Shown here: positions 1-14,130 of the stretch, one piece after another | How the letters are laid out: the number at the start of each line of letters is the position of its first letter | Numbering within the stretch: the stretch's first letter is position 1 | Origin: Eledone cirrhosa | Taxonomy: Eukaryota | NCBI GenBank assembly: GCA_964016885.1 | Contig: OZ024761.1 | Location: forward strand, 14,012,001 to 14,076,000 | Direction of reading: 5' to 3' | DNA: 64,000 bases | Translations under genes and position numbers: made by a program | Notes under the pieces: generated by a model | Told to the model about the DNA's origin: nothing | What the model saw: only the letters and a program-made list of their open reading frames with translations | The model's database searches: none

Positions 1-98
1 TATATGTATGTGTAAAAGGTAAACAGAAATAAGAACACAATCGGTACAGTATATGGAAGGAATATATTAGGTTAACGCTTGATATAGCAGGAAGAGGG

Positions 99-134
99 TC
101 TTAACGTTTCGGACGCTAGTCCTTCATCAGAAGA
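99..134 (-). ncRNA. Minimal type I hammerhead ribozyme motif (Penelope-like type)
   Basis: Minus strand UCUU-CUGAUGA-A-GGAC(UAGC)GUCC-GAAA-CG-UU-AAGA: intact core boxes, 4-bp helix I, 4-bp helix II, palindromic ACGU helix III. Confidence 0.75.
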
Positions 135-682
135 AAGAATGAGAAATAAAATAGATTGAGGGGACGGGCGGGATGGAATTGGAAAACATGTCTTTAGATA
201 AAAATAACAGGTCCATTCATGTTGACATCTCCTGCAAAACTGTTGGTGATGGCGTTTTGTGTATACACACATGTGAAATTAAGAAAACTCATTGATAAAA
301 CAGCCGTTAAAATACCTAAATGCTGTCAAAGACAACGATGAACAAAAATGCCGCAGCGGACTGAGACTAGTGACCAGTGGTCAACAGAGAGATAATCCAC
401 AAGGTGGGTGGCAGGTAGATGATATATAGAAAAGATTAAAAGAGGAGGAGGACCAGGAGAAGTGCACTGGCACAAGGAAATAAAGAAAGGCGATGTACAA
501 GGCAAGTTTACACACACATCTTTGCCTTCATCAGCTCTCAAACCAGCAAAAGGGTTTCGCACAATTTAATTGAGAGTACCATTTTAAAATGCTGGAATGT
601 GCAACAGAAAAATAAATCTTTTTGCTGGTTTGATGTGTGTGTGTGTGTGAAGAAGAGCACAGATAGAAGGACGAAAGAAAAC

Positions 683-995
683 AAAGAAAACAGCACAGCT
701 CCCATGACTTTTGGAAACATTTTTTCACGCTCAGAGTTGCTGAAGCAGGGAACAAACTCCCTGCATCAGTTGTTAGCTGTCGAGACACTGCATCCTTTAA
801 AACCTCCATGCTGCCTGAGATTCGCCAACACTACACCTAATATTGCCCCTCCATACACACGCACACATGTATATCATGACTCATACATTATTCACTTCCC
901 TGACATTTGTATATTATTCTATGTACTATACATGCACCTTTGATGAGTTGTAGTGCACCTGAGCACTGTACAGAATAATTTCATTATTATTATTA
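683..995 (+). mobile_element. CR1/L2-type LINE 3' end
   Basis: Encodes KHFFTLRVAEAGNKLPASVVSCRDTASFK, the FF..RV...WN.LP..VV...FK ORF2 C-terminal pattern. (ATT)n tail. Confidence 0.75.
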
Positions 996-1290
996 TTTGA
1001 AATAAAATAATGGGGTAGTGGACCTCAAGCTGTGGTGTCTGTCCTAAATAGAAAGCTACTTATAGCTACGATAAAGTTAAAACAATGTTGTCTCTGATCG
1101 AGACGAAGCGAGAGTGTATTTGAATGCATATAAAGATGAGAAAACCCATTGCTAGAACAGCCGTTAAAACAGCTAAATGCTGTCAAAGAAAGTGATGGCC
1201 AAAATCTGCCTGTCACCCATCTTGGGGATTGTCTCTCTGTTGACCACTGGCCGTTGGTCTCTGTCATAGAAAATTATTATTTATTTATAT

Positions 1291-1680
1291 GCGGTGGATT
1301 GGCAGTATCGGTAGAGAGTCGGACGCCATGCTTTCCAGCATAGTTACGTCCCTTTACGGTCTGAGTTCAAATCCCGCCGAGGTTAACTTTGCCTTTCATC
1401 CTTACGGGGTCGATAAAATAAAGTACCAGTAATGTACTGGGTAATTGATGGCCTTGTGCCAAAAAAGTAGAAACAATTATTTATTTATACGGTGGATTAG
1501 CAATATCGGTTGAGTGTTGGACACCCTGCACCGTGGCAGAGAGTAACGGTCCTTTACGTTCTGAGTTCAAAATCCCGTTCGAGGTTAGCTTTGTCTTTCA
1601 CCCTTACAGGGTCAATAAAATAAAGTACCAGTAATGCACTGGGGTCAATTTAATCGAATTTTCCCTCCCCCTACTTTAAT
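1291..1680 (+). mobile_element. Two adjacent copies of the dominant tRNA-derived SINE
   Basis: A-box-like tggcagtatcgg, B-box gagttcaaatcc, core gcctttcatccttacggggtcgataaaataaagtaccag, tail gtagaaacaattatt. More than 12 copies in the window. Confidence 0.85.
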
Positions 1681-1817
1681 TTTCCCTCCACCACCTTTAA
1701 AATGTCCAATAGGGGGGTTCAGACATATATAATAGGAACGATTGACTTTCGTCAAATCGGACCGAGGAAACAATGTTTCCATTGGTCTTTCCAGTTGTTA
1801 ATACTATCTATCGGTCG

Positions 1818-1862
<45 letters not shown>

Positions 1863-1867
1863 ATATT

Positions 1868-2188
1868 AATAAATGGAAACTATATTTATAAAACCATATT
1901 TATTTTATTATACATGGATATCCAGGAAGCTCCAACCGTTAAGGTTGTCTTTTTTCCGGGTATGTCAATATTTATTTATAAAACAAATCTGTATTTTATC
2001 TGATGAAGGCGCACCATAATTTGCCTTGGTTGCCCTTGAAATATGTATAATAAAATAAATATGGTTTTATAAATATAGTTTCCATTTATTTATATATTGT
2101 GTATTTACTCCACTAACTTGTTGAGTGCTTTATATCAGTTATAAACATTTTTAAGCTTGTTGAATCCCAACAAATTAAACATAACCTC

Positions 2189-2190
<2 letters not shown>
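1868..2190. mobile_element. Penelope-like remnant with inverted arms (48-bp perfect arms 1868-1915 / 2043-2090)
   Basis: Inverted repeat seen directly, contains a hammerhead motif, flanked by (TA)n on both sides. Confidence 0.6.
1992..2057 (+). ncRNA. Type I hammerhead ribozyme motif
   Basis: UAUUUUAU-CUGAUGA-(bulged helix II aggcgcacca/tggttgccct)-GAAA-UAUGUA-UA-AUAAAAUA, with a perfect 8-bp helix I. Confidence 0.7.
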
Positions 2191-2239
<49 letters not shown>

Positions 2240-3310
2240 ATATATATATATATTTACTATGGTAATATTAATGAGTGTAAATTTTACTCATTTATTTGGT
2301 GTCTTTTGATTTGTAAACAAATTGTAACTATACACTATACATACATACACACACATACATGCATACACATATATATATATATATATATACACATACATAC
2401 ACATGCACACCTATGTTCTCATATAATGTATGTGTATGTTTCTCTGTTATATACACACATACACACAAGTGTACAAGTGCATGTGCACTTCTCAGTGGAC
2501 ATATATTCTTATTATTTGGTCTAGTCTCCATATTTTCATTCTCTCTCTCTCCCCCTCCCTCATCTCTCTTTCAGACTCCTACTTATTCTCTCTCTTTCTT
2601 CTTTGTCTTTCTCTGTTTGTCTCTCTCTCTCTCTGTATCCATCTCTCTCTCTCTCTCTCTGTGCTTCTCTCTCTCTCTCTGTAACCTTCTTTGTGTCTGT
2701 CTGTCTCTCTCTCACTCTGACTCTGTGCTTCTTTTCTGTCTGTCTCTCTCTCCCTCTGTATGTCTCTCTCTCTCTCCCTCTCTGTCTGTCTCTCTCTCTC
2801 TCCCTCTCTCTCTGTCTGTCTCTTCCCCTATCTGTCTCTCTCTGCCCCTCCCCTCCCTCCCTCATTGTTTTATATCTGTTCTGCCATATTTACATTAGTT
2901 AGACAGTTGAACTAAGTTCATGACTTAACCGTGTTCCAGGGGACATTAAGTCACCGAGGGTGCTGGGACACCGGTCAGTCATATGGTTAACCCTCACCTC
3001 CTGCTCATAATCATTTGCCCATACTTGCCATTTTTTGGGGGGATGAAGCCCAGAACATATCCCTGTTCTAGGAGACATTAAGTGACTGAGGGCACACGAC
3101 TTGCTCTCCACTGGATGAGACAACAGTCCCTCTGTAGGCTAAATTCTCTGCTGTTGGTGTTAGTGGTGCTACTGGTTGCTACTAGTGGTGGTAGTACTGG
3201 TGGTACTACTGCTGCTGCTGTTGCTATATTGCTGCTACTGGTGGCAGTGGAGGTTGTGGCACTTAGCATTCTTTCATAGAATTATGATGGAAGGATTTTA
3301 GGTCTATGTC

Positions 3311-3898
3311 TTAACCTTTTAGCATTTACTTTACTCTATATTTACTATTGTATTTTTGTGGTAAAGACTTTATCTTACATAATTACCTTACATAGTATTG
3401 AATCTATGAGATTTTGATGTTATTGAGAACAATACCTTAACGTCAGTATGAGTGGCCAATTACTGCTGATTTGAACAGAAAGGGGTGAGAGAATTCTGGT
3501 CAGATACAGCCGGTTTGAACAGAGAGAGGTGAGAGAATTCTGGCCAGATACAGCCGGTTTGAACAGAGAGAGGTGAGAGAAATCTGGCCAGATACAGCCG
3601 GTTTGAACAGAGAGAGGTGAGAGAATTCTGGTCAGATACAGCTGGTTTGAATAGAAGGAGGTGAAAGAATTCTGGTCAGATACAGTAGCCAGATACAGCC
3701 GGTTTGAACAGAGAGAGGTGAGAGAATTCTAGTCAGATACAGCCGGTTTGAACAGAAAGAGATGAAAGAATTCTGGCCAGATACAGCCGGTTTGAATAGA
3801 GAGAGGTGAGAGAATTCTGGTCAGATACAGCTGGTTTGAATAGAGAGAGGTGAAAGAATTCTGGCTGGTTTTGGCCGGTTTAAATGCTAAAGGGTTAA
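3311..3898. mobile_element. piggyBac-like MITE with an internal 44-nt tandem expansion (~9 units, 3471-3870)
   Basis: TTAA-cct(t)ttagcattta ... taaatgctaaaggg-TTAA terminal inverted repeats. Confidence 0.75.
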
Positions 3899-4235
3899 GA
3901 TTCTTACATAAAACTATGATGGAAGGATTTTAGATAAACACTTAAAAATAAACTGCTTTGAACTGTAGAAGCAGGGTCAGTTTGGTATGAAAAGGGTTAC
4001 ACTGCTGTTTGAAAACACAGTTTTCTATCGAGGAATTAGGGGTGGTTTCAGCTGGTCTGGTATCACAAGCAGCCTGTCCTGTTGGTCAACTGAACTGGAA
4101 CACTGGGGATATCAATAGAGGGCTCTCTATTTGTTATGTAAGTGTCCAGTAACATTCTCAAGTTAGCTCAAGCCTTCATCCATTCCTACCAACTTGTAGG
4201 GACAGCTTCACTGTGAGATATATATTTACTATAAC

Positions 4236-5404
4236 TAGCAGCAGTAGTAGCAGCAGTAGCAGTAGTAGCAGCAGTAGTAGCTGCAGTAATAGTAGTAGCT
4301 GCAGTAGTAGTAGCAGCAGTAGTAGTAGTAGCAGCAGCAGTAGCTGCAGTAATAGTAGTAGCTGCAGTAGTAGTAGTAGTAGCAGCAGTAGTAGCAGCAG
4401 TAGTAGTAGCAGCAGTAGTAGTAGCAGCAGTAGTAGTAGCTGCAGTAGTAGCTGCAGTAGTAGTAGCAGGAGTAGTAGCAGCAGTAGTAGCTGCAGTAGT
4501 AGTAGCAGTAGCTGCAGTAGTAGTAGCAGCAATAGCTGCAGTAGTAGTAGCAGCAGCAGTAGCAGTAGTAGCAGCAGCAGTAGCTGCAGTAATAGTAGTA
4601 GCTGCAGTAGTAGTAGCAGTAGCTGCAGTAGTAGTAGCAGTAGTAGCAGCAGTAGTAGCAACAGTAGCAGCAGTAGTAGCAGCAGTAGTAGTAGTAGCAG
4701 CAGTAGTAGCAGCAGTAGTAGCTGCAGTAGTAGTAGTAGCAGTAGTAGTAGTAGCAGTAGTAGTAGCAGCAGTAGTAGCTGCAGTAGCAGTAGTAGTAGC
4801 AGTAGTAGTAGCAGCAGTAGTAGCTGCAGTAGTAGTAGTAGTAGTAGCAGCAGTAGTAGCAGCAGTAGTAGCTGCAGTAGTAGTAGTAGTAGCAGTAGTA
4901 GCAGCAGCAGTAGCTGCAGCAGTAGTAGCAGCAGTAGTAGCAGTAGCAGCAGTAGTCGCAGCAGCAGTAGTAGTAGCAGCAGCAGTAGTAGTAGTAGGAG
5001 CAGCAGTAGTAGCAGTAGTAGCAGCAGTAGTAGTAGTAGTAGCAGTAGTAGTAGCAGCAGTAGTAGCAGCAGTAGTAGCAGTAGTAGCAGCAGTAGTAGC
5101 AGCAGTAGTAGCAGCAGTAGTAGCAGCAGTAGTAGTAGCAGTAGTAGTAGTAGCAGCAGTAGTAGCAGCAGTAGTAGTAGCAGCAGTAGTAGTAGCAGTA
5201 GTAGTAGTAGCAGCAGTAGTAGCAGCAGTAGTAGCAGCAGTAGTAGCAGCAGTAGTAGTAGCAGTAGTAGTAGCAGCAGCAGTAGCAGTAGTAGTAGAAG
5301 CAGTAGTAGCAGCTGCAGCAGTAGTAGTAGAAGCAGTAGTAGCAGCTGCAGCAGTAGTAGTAGTAGTAGTAGCAGCAGTAGCAGCAAGAACAGCAGCAGT
5401 AGCA
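4236..5404. repeat. (AGT/AGC)n trinucleotide array, ~1.2 kb
   Basis: Seen directly; explains the poly-L/T/S/Y ORFs. Confidence 0.95.
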
Positions 5405-5477
5405 AGACTTAACAAACACTGGTGCTGCTGCCGGTTATGATAGCAGTGTGTGTGTGCGTGTGTGTGTGTGTGTGTGC

Positions 5478-5527
<50 letters not shown>

Positions 5528-5994
5528 GTGTGTGTGTGTGTGCGTCTGTGTGTGTCTGTCTGTGTGTGTGTGGTATTAAGAAGAGCTGTCAGAAGGAGCT
5601 CCCTTAGAAGCTACAGCAGTAGTACCATACATAGTATGGTGTGGTGTAGTGGTGTGATGTAGTGTGGTGTAGTGGTGTGATGTAGTGTGGTGTAGTGGTG
5701 TGGTGTGGTGTGATGTAGTGTGGTGTGGTGTGGTGTGATGTGATGTGGTGTGGTGTGGTGTGGTGTGATGTAGTGTGGTGTAGTAGTGTGGTGTAGTGGT
5801 GTGGTGTGATGTAGTGTGGTGTAGTGGTGTAGTGTGGTGTGGTGGTGTGGTGTAGTGGTGTGATGTAGTGTGGTGTAGTGGTGTGATGGTGTTGTGGTGT
5901 GGTGGTATGGTGTGGTGGTATGGTGTGGTGTGGCCTTGTACCTAAATCGGAAAGCACCATTATTTTTCCTGTCCTCTCTCTCTTTCAATCTGTT

Positions 5995-8000
5995 CTATAT
6001 TTCATCTACCTGTCACCCACCTTGTGGATTGTCTCTCTGTTGACCACTGGATGGTGGTCTCTGTCCACTGAGACATTATATTTCATCTACCTGTCTCTCT
6101 GTTGACCACTGGATGGTGGTCTCTGTCCACTGAGACATTATATTTCATCTACCTGTCTCTGTTGACCACTGGCTGCTGGTCTCTGTCCACTGAGACATTA
6201 TATTTCATCTACCTGTCTCTGTTGACCACTCTCTGTCCACTGAGGCATTATATTTCATCTGCCTGTCTCTCTGTTGACTACTAGCTGTTGGTCTCTGTCC
6301 ACTGAGACATTATATTTCATCTACCTGTCTCTGTTGACCACTGGCTGCTGGTCTCTGTCCACTGAGACATTATATTTCATCTACCTGTCTCTGTTGACCA
6401 CTGGCTGCTGGTCTCTGTCCACTGAGACATTATATTTCATCTACCTGTCTCTGTTGACCACTGGCTGCTGGTCTCTGTCCACTGAGACATTATATTTCAT
6501 CTACCTGTCTCTGTTGACCACTGGCTGCTGGTCTCTGTCCACTGAGACATTATATTTCATCTACCTGTCTCTGTTGACCACTGGCTGTTGGTCTCTGTCC
6601 ACTGAGGCATTATATTTCATCTACCTGTCTCTGTTGACCACTGGCTGCTGGTCTCTGTCCACTGAGACATTATATTTCATCTACCTGTCTCTGTTGACCA
6701 CTGGCTGCTGGTCTCTGTCCACTGAGACATTATATTTCATCTACCTGTCTCTGTTGACCACTGGCTGCTGGTCTCTGTCCACTGAGACATTATATTTCAT
6801 CTACCTGTCTCTGTTGACCACTGGCTGCTGGTCTCTGTCCACTGAGACATTATATTTCATCTACCTGTCTCTGTTGACCACTGGCTGTTGGTCTCTGTCC
6901 ACTGAGGCATTATATTTCATCTACCTGTCTCTGTTGACCACTGGCTGCTGGTCTCTGTCCACTGAGACATTATATTTCATCTACCTGTCTCTCTGTTGGC
7001 CACTGGATGGTGGTCTCTGTCCACTGAGACATTATATTTCATCTACCTGTCTCTCTGTTGACCACTGGCTGCTGGTCTCTGTCCACTGAGGCATTATATT
7101 TCATCTACCTGTCTCTGTTGACCACTGGCTACTGGTCTCTGTCCACTGAGGCATTATATTTCATCTACCTGTCTCTGTTGACCACTGGCTGCTGGTCTCT
7201 GTCCACTGAGACATTATATTTCATCTACCTGTCTCTCTGTTGACCACTGGCTGCTGGTCTCTGTCCACTGAGGCATTATATTTCATCTACCTGTCTCTGT
7301 TGACCACTGGCTGCTGGTCTCTGTCCACTGAGGCATTATATTTCATCTACCTGTCTCTGTTGACCACTGGCTGCTTGTCTCTGTCCACTGAGGCATTATA
7401 TTTCATCTGCCTGTCTCTCTGTTGACCGCTGGCTGCTGGTCTCTGTCCACTGAGGCATTATATTTCATCTGCCTGTCTCTCTGTTGACCACTGGCTGCTG
7501 GTCTCTGTCCACTGAGACATTATATTTCATCTACCTGTCTCTGTTGACCACTGGCTACTGGTCTCTGTCCACTGAGACATTATATTTCATCTACCTGTCT
7601 CTCTGATGACCACTGGCTGCTGGTCTCTGTCCACTGAGGCATTATATTTCATCTACCTGTCTCGCTGTTGACCACTGGCTACTGGTCTCTGTCCACTGAG
7701 ACATATTTCATCTACCTGTCTCTGTTGACCACTGGCTGCTGGTCTCTGTCCACTGAGGCATTATATTTCATCTACCTGTCTCGCTGTTGACCACTGGCTA
7801 CTGGTCTCTGTCCACTGAGACATATTTCATCTACCTGTCTCTGTTGACCACTGGCTGCTGGTCTCTGTCTAATGAGGCATTATATTTCATCTACCTGTCT
7901 CTCTGTTGACCACTGGATGGTGGTCTCTGTCCACTGAGACATTATATTTCATCTACCTGTCTCTGTTGACCACTGGCTGCTGGTCTCTGTCCACTGAGGC
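5995..8000. repeat. 60-nt minisatellite, ~33 units
   Basis: Unit ctgttgaccactggctgctggtctctgtccactgagacattatatttcatctacctgtct. Unexpanded relatives at ~280-430 (-) and ~1135-1265. Confidence 0.95.
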
Positions 8001-8125
8001 ACTTTTGCCCATTGATGTCCTTGACAGCGTTTAGCTGTTTTAACGACTGTTTTATTGATGAGTTTTCTCATTTTTATATGTTTTATTATTGTTGTTATGT
8101 TCATATGTACTATTATAGTTTTATG

Positions 8126-8350
8126 GGCGATGGATTGGCAGAATTGGTAGAGCGTTGGACACCGTGCTTTGCATCATAGAGTTACGTCTTTTTACATTCT
8201 GATTTCAAATCCCGCTGAGGTTAGCTTTGCCTTTCGTCCTTACGGGGTCGATAAAATAAAGTACCAGTAACGCACTGGGGTCGATTTAATCAACCCCTCA
8301 TCCCCTCTCCTTCATATTGCTTGCCTTGTGCCTAAAGTAGAAACAATTAT
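8126..8350 (+). mobile_element. tRNA-derived SINE (long variant)
   Basis: Same head, core and tail as 1291-1480. Confidence 0.85.
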
Positions 8351-8737
8351 TGTTGTGCTGTTTGTTAGTGTTTTACCTAAATTTTGACATTTTCCAAAGA
8401 ATATTGGAAATCAAATGTAGCCAAAGGTCATTTTAAAAGTGGTGTTGGTAGTGGTGGTGGTGGGGGTGGGGGTGGTAGTGATGGGGGTGGTGGTGGTAGT
8501 GATGGGGGTAGTGGTGGTAGTGATTGGGGTGGTGATGGTGGGAGTGGTTGTCGTGGTGTTGGTTGTGGTAGTGATGGTGGTGGGTGTAGTGGTGGTGATA
8601 TTGGTAGTGGTGTTGGTGGTGGTGGTGGTGACAGGTGGTGGTCGTGGAGGTTGTAGTGATGGTAATGTTTCTTGTGGGGTTGACCTTTAACTTCAACCAC
8701 AAGGTGTCAGAGTGAACCAGAAACCAGAGAGGGCGGG

Positions 8738-9215
8738 GATGGTTGGCTGGATGGTTGAATGGTTAGTTGGTAGGATGAATGGTTGGTTGGTTGGATGGTT
8801 GGATGGCTGGTTTGTTGGTTGGTGTGACGAATGGTTTGTTGGTTGGTTGGATGGTGGGATGGTTAGTTGGATGGTTTGTTGGTTGTTTGGATGGATGGTG
8901 GGATGAATGGTTGGTTTGCTGGTTGAATCCAACCATCCAACCAACCAACCAACCAACCAACCAACCAACCAACCAACCAACCAACCAACCAACCAACCAA
9001 CCAACCAACCAACCATCCAACCAACCATCCAACCAACCAACCAACCAACCAACCAACCATCCAACCATCCAACCAACCATCCAACCAACCAACCAACCAA
9101 CCAACCAACCATCCAACCAACCAACCAACCAACCATCCAACCAACCATCCAACCAACCATCCAACCAACCAACCAACCAACCAACCAACCAACCAACCAA
9201 CCAACCAACCAACCA
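8738..9215. repeat. (TTGG/ATGG)n directly followed by its complement (CCAA/CCAT)n
   Basis: Strand switch at ~8926. Confidence 0.9.
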
Positions 9216-10077
9216 GTCAACCATTGATCCATACTGTAGCGGAAGTTCATTCTGTTCACCTCTTCCCCATTACCACCCCACTTATTTCCTCTCTCCCCAT
9301 TCATGACTTCTGCTGCTGCTGATGCTACTGCTGTTACTACTACTACTACTATCACTACTACTTCTACTACTACTACTACTATCACTACTACTACTACTAC
9401 TGTCAATACTACTACTACTACTACTGTCAATACTACTACTACTACTACTACTACTGTCACTACTACTACTACTACAACTACTGTCACTACTACTACTACT
9501 ACCACTACTACCACTACTATCACTACTACCACTACTGTCACTGCTATCACTACTACTACTACTAGTACTACTACTACTACTATCACTACTACTACTACCA
9601 CTACCACTACCACCACTACTACTACCACCACCACAGTTCACAGCTCCGATACTATGGACATGTGGTTAGAATGTCTCAGGAAAAAAATTGGTGGACAGAT
9701 TTTACAGGCAAAATGAGTTGGCAAGAGATCGAGAAGTAGACACCTCGCATGGTGGGGTTGGTGGGTCACGCTTGGGGACCCAGCCGGATCAGTTGGAGAC
9801 GGTTGCTTCTGACAGGACCCGCTGGACAGAGTGTTTCAGGACTCTGCCCTCTCCACACAATCCTTTCAGGAATAAGTGGGCGAAGAAGAAGTATTTTGGC
9901 AGAAGGTCTCCTGCAATTTATTTTTAGGGAAAGTGAAAGTTGATTGTTTTGACCCCAGTATGTGACTGGTACCTTTTACAGCCAGTCGAATAGAATGGAC
10001 ATAGCTTCGGCTGTTTCCTCACTCACTCGATGGACAACTAAGTCCCAATTATTAAATTTCGAACCCTGATGACCAGA

Positions 10078-10499
10078 TTAACCCTTTAGCATTTACATTA
10101 TTCTCGGTGGATTGGCAGTATCGGTAGAGGGTCGGACGCCATACTTTGCAGCAAAGAGTTACGGCCCTTTATGGTCTGAGTTCAGATCCCGCCGAGGTTA
10201 ACTTTGCCTTTCATCCTTACGGGGTCGATAAAAATAAAGTACCAGTAATGTACTGGGATAATTGCTGGCCTTGTGCCTAACGTAGAAACAATTATTCTAT
10301 ATTTACTATTGTATGTTCACAGTAAACACTTTATCTTACATAATATCTCACAAATTATTGAATCTACGAGATTTTGATATCATTTATTTTGAGAACAATA
10401 CCTTAACATAAGTCTGAGCAGCTGGTTATGGCTGGTTTAAATGGAAAAGGGTGAGAGAATTCTGGCCGGATATGGCCGGTTTAAATGCTAAAGGGTTAA
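10078..10499. mobile_element. piggyBac-like MITE interrupted by a SINE
   Basis: Perfect TIRs TTAAccctttagcattta / taaatgctaaagggTTAA. Confidence 0.8.
10105..10298 (+). mobile_element. tRNA-derived SINE nested in a MITE, with apparent 8-bp TSD attattct
   Basis: attattct at 10097-10104 and 10291-10298. MITE sequence continues on both sides. Confidence 0.85.
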
Positions 10500-10750
10500 G
10501 ATGACCTCATGAGGATTAGATGATTATAGATTGGGAGTTACCAGTTAGACTATTAAGACTATATTCTGTTAAGTACTCAATACTTGAGAAAGTAGGGTAT
10601 ATGTATTGTGAAAAATTAGTCTCCTAACTCACAAAGGATCTGTCACAACCTGATCTCCCTATCTCTCTCTTCCATATGTGTGTCTGTGTGTGTATATATA
10701 TGTGTGTATGTGTATATATAGGTGTGTGTCTATATATATATATGTATGTA

Positions 10751-10800
<50 letters not shown>

Positions 10801-10816
10801 CATATATATGTGTGTC

Positions 10817-10853
<37 letters not shown>

Positions 10854-12005
10854 GTGTGTGTGTGTGTGTATATGTGTGTGTGTAAATATATGTGTATATG
10901 TGTATATATATATATATGTGTGTGTGAGTGTATGAATGTGTATGTGTTAGTATATATATTTATGTGTGTGTATATATATACATGTGTGTGTATATATATA
11001 TAAATGTGTGTGTGTATATGTGTGCATGACTGTATATGTGTGATTTATGAGTAATATCACTTTATTTGTTATCCCCCCCTCCCTCTCCTCCCCCCTCTCT
11101 ATTCCACACTACTACATACAAATTGATTTCATTTCATTCTACTAATTTATGCACATTGTCAATGGATGGGAATGAAGCCCCCCCCACTCTCTCTCCTACA
11201 CAGCTACTGCTCAGCTGTTGCTGCAACATTGCACTATACTGCACTGTTAGAATGCTGCAGTGTGGCTCTCAGCTTTCTTTCTCTCACTCACTCACTCTCT
11301 CTGTCTGTTATACACACACACACTCTCTCTCTCTCTCTCATACACACACTCACTCACTCACTCTCTCTGTCTGTTATACACACACACACTCTCTCTCTCT
11401 CTCTCATACACACACTCACTCACTCACTCGCACACACACGCACACGCACACACTCTCTCTCTCTCATACACACACTCACTCTCTCACGCACACGCACACA
11501 CACACACGCACTCTCTCTCTCTCATACACACACTCTCTCTCTCTCTCTCTCATATATACACACACACACTCTCTCTCTCTCTCATACACACACTCACTCA
11601 CTCTCTCACGCACACGCACACACTCTCTCTCTCACACGCACACACACACTCTCTCTCTCTCTCATATATACACACACTCACTCACTCTCTCTCTCACGCA
11701 CACGCACACACACATACTCCCTCTCTCTCATACACACTCTCTCTCTCTCTCTCTCATATATACACACACTCACTCACTCTCTCTCTCACGCACACGCACT
11801 CACTCTCTCTCTCACGCACACGCACACACACATACTCTCTCTCTCTCGCACACGCACACACACATACTCTCTCTCTCTCATACACACACTCTCTCTCTCT
11901 CTCTCATACACACACTCTCTCTCTCTCTCATATATACACACACTCTCTCTCTCTGATATAAACACTTTCTCTGACACATAAACACACTCTCTCTCTCCCT
12001 CTCTG

Positions 12006-12052
<47 letters not shown>

Positions 12053-12115
12053 CCTCCTCTTTCTAGTAGTAGTAGTATTAGTAGTAGCAGTGGTGACGGT
12101 GGTAGTAGTGGTGAC

Positions 12116-12146
<31 letters not shown>

Positions 12147-12222
12147 GCAGTGGTGACGGTGGTAGTAGTAGTAGTAGTAGTAGTGTTGGTAGTGGAGTAG
12201 TAGTAGTAGCAATAGTAGTAGA

Positions 12223-12257
<35 letters not shown>

Positions 12258-13291
12258 CACCACCACCACCACCACCACCACCACCACCATATCCGCCATA
12301 TTGTCATTTATGTCAGGCCAGTGTGAAAGGTGAAGGGAAGGAGTAAGAGTAGGAATAAGAGTTTTAAGAAAGATGGGAAATAAAGGGAGATAACTGGAAG
12401 TCAGTTTCTTTTTTTATTTTCACTTTTTTTCCATTCATTTTCTTTCCTACAAACCTACTTCTATTCATGTATTTGTGTTGGGAAGAACCATCAGTTGTGT
12501 TAAGGATATGTCAGCCTCCCTAGTGCTGATCATCTACACAAAAGCCCCAAGTACATGCTGTAAAGTGGTTGGTGTTGGGAAGGGCATCTAGATATACAAC
12601 GCTTGCCAAACAAAGTGTTGGGAAGACCCTTTAGTTGTGTCAAGGATATGACAACCTCCCTAGTGTGGGTGATCTACACCAGGCATGTCTAACATGCGGT
12701 TCTTTACAAGTACACCTGCGACCCATACAAAGGTTTTTACAGCGCGAGCATGTTTTATCTTTGTAACATAAAATAAAAGATATTAGTTGTAATCTGCGCA
12801 ATTAGTTGTCATGTGTGGCCCTCAGGTAACACATATGTGACCCATGTGGACCTCGGGGGACCTCAGTTTGACATGCCTGATCTACACAATGCTGTAAAGG
12901 GGTTAGTGTTAGGAAGGGCATCCAGCAATAAAAAATCTGGCAAACAAAGAATCGGAATGACTTATAAAGGACCTGACACCTAGTGTTGGGTGCTATAATA
13001 ACATATACATGCAATAAAAAGCATACAGTCTGTGATGACATGTCCAGCACTACAGAAAGTGTGATGTCCTTGATATAGCTGAAGAGACCTCACAACACTT
13101 CCAAGAGCGGGCGTGGTGGGTTGATAAAGCACCTGTTAATTATTGGGGGTTGATAATGTACCTGTTAATTATTGGGGGCTGATAATGTACTTGTTAATCA
13201 TTGGGGGCTGATAATGTACCGGGGTCGATAAAATAAAGTATCAGTAATGCACTGGGTAATTGCTGGCCTTGTGCCTAAAGTAGAAACAATT

Positions 13292-14130
13292 ATAATAATA
13301 ATAATAATGAAATTATTGTGTAAAGTGCTCAGGTGCACTACAACTCATCAAAGGTGCATGTATAGTACATAGAATAATATACAAATGTCAGGGAAGTAAA
13401 TAGTGTATGAGTCATGATATACATGTGTGTATGGAGGGTGGACATCAGGTGTAGTGTTGACGTATCTCAGGAGGCATGGAGGTTTTAAAGGATGCAGTGT
13501 CTCGACAGCTAACAACCGATGCAGGTAGTTTGTTCCATGGAGGTTTTAAAGGATGCAGTGTCTCGACAGCTAACAACTGATGCAGGTAGTTTGTTCCATG
13601 GAGGTTTTAAAGGATGCAGTGTCTCGACAGCTAACAACCGATGCAGGTAGTTTGTTCCATGGAGGTTTTAAAGGATGCAGTGTCTCGACAGCTAACAACC
13701 GATGCAGGTAGTTTGTTCCATGGAGGTTTTAAAGGATGCAGTGTCTCGACAGCTAACAACCGATGCAGGTAGTTTGTTCCATGGAGGCCTTAAAGGATGC
13801 AGTGTCTCGACAGCTAACAACTGATGCAGGTAGTTTGTTCCATGGAGGTTTTAAAGGATGCAGTGTCTCGACAGCTAACAACTGATGCAGGTAGTTTGTT
13901 CCATGCTTCAGCAACTCTGAACGTGAAAAAATCTTTCCGAAAGTCATGGGAACTGTGCTATTTTCTGACTTTGTGGGCATGTCCATGTCTGTTAGACACA
14001 TTGAGATCAAAAAGGTGCTCAGGGTTGTTGTTGGCGAGATAGTTAATAACTTTGTGGGTGTTTACCAAGTCCATTGCCAGGTGTCGGAGCTTCAATGTAT
14101 CCATGCCCAGGGAAGCAAGGCGTTCAGAGT
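13292..14130 (-). mobile_element. CR1/L2-type LINE 3' end with an internal 61-nt x7 tandem expansion (13475-13902)
   Basis: YSERLASLGMDTLKLRHLAMDL...WNKLPASVVSCRDTASFK; same element as 683-995. Confidence 0.8.

Noticed and set aside
1291-1380. tRNA-like A/B boxes here and in other copies
   Set aside because: These are SINE heads fused to a shared core and tail, with no proper cloverleaf.
4176-5419. ~400-aa ORFs on both strands (poly-L, T/A, S, Y/C)
   Set aside because: Translations of an (AGT/AGC)n microsatellite, with no splice or homology support.
6274-7089. 271-aa ORF of LLTTGCWSLSTETLYFIYLS repeats
   Set aside because: Open only because the 60-nt unit lacks a stop in one frame. Neighbouring 62-nt units break the frame, and the unit derives from an interspersed repeat.
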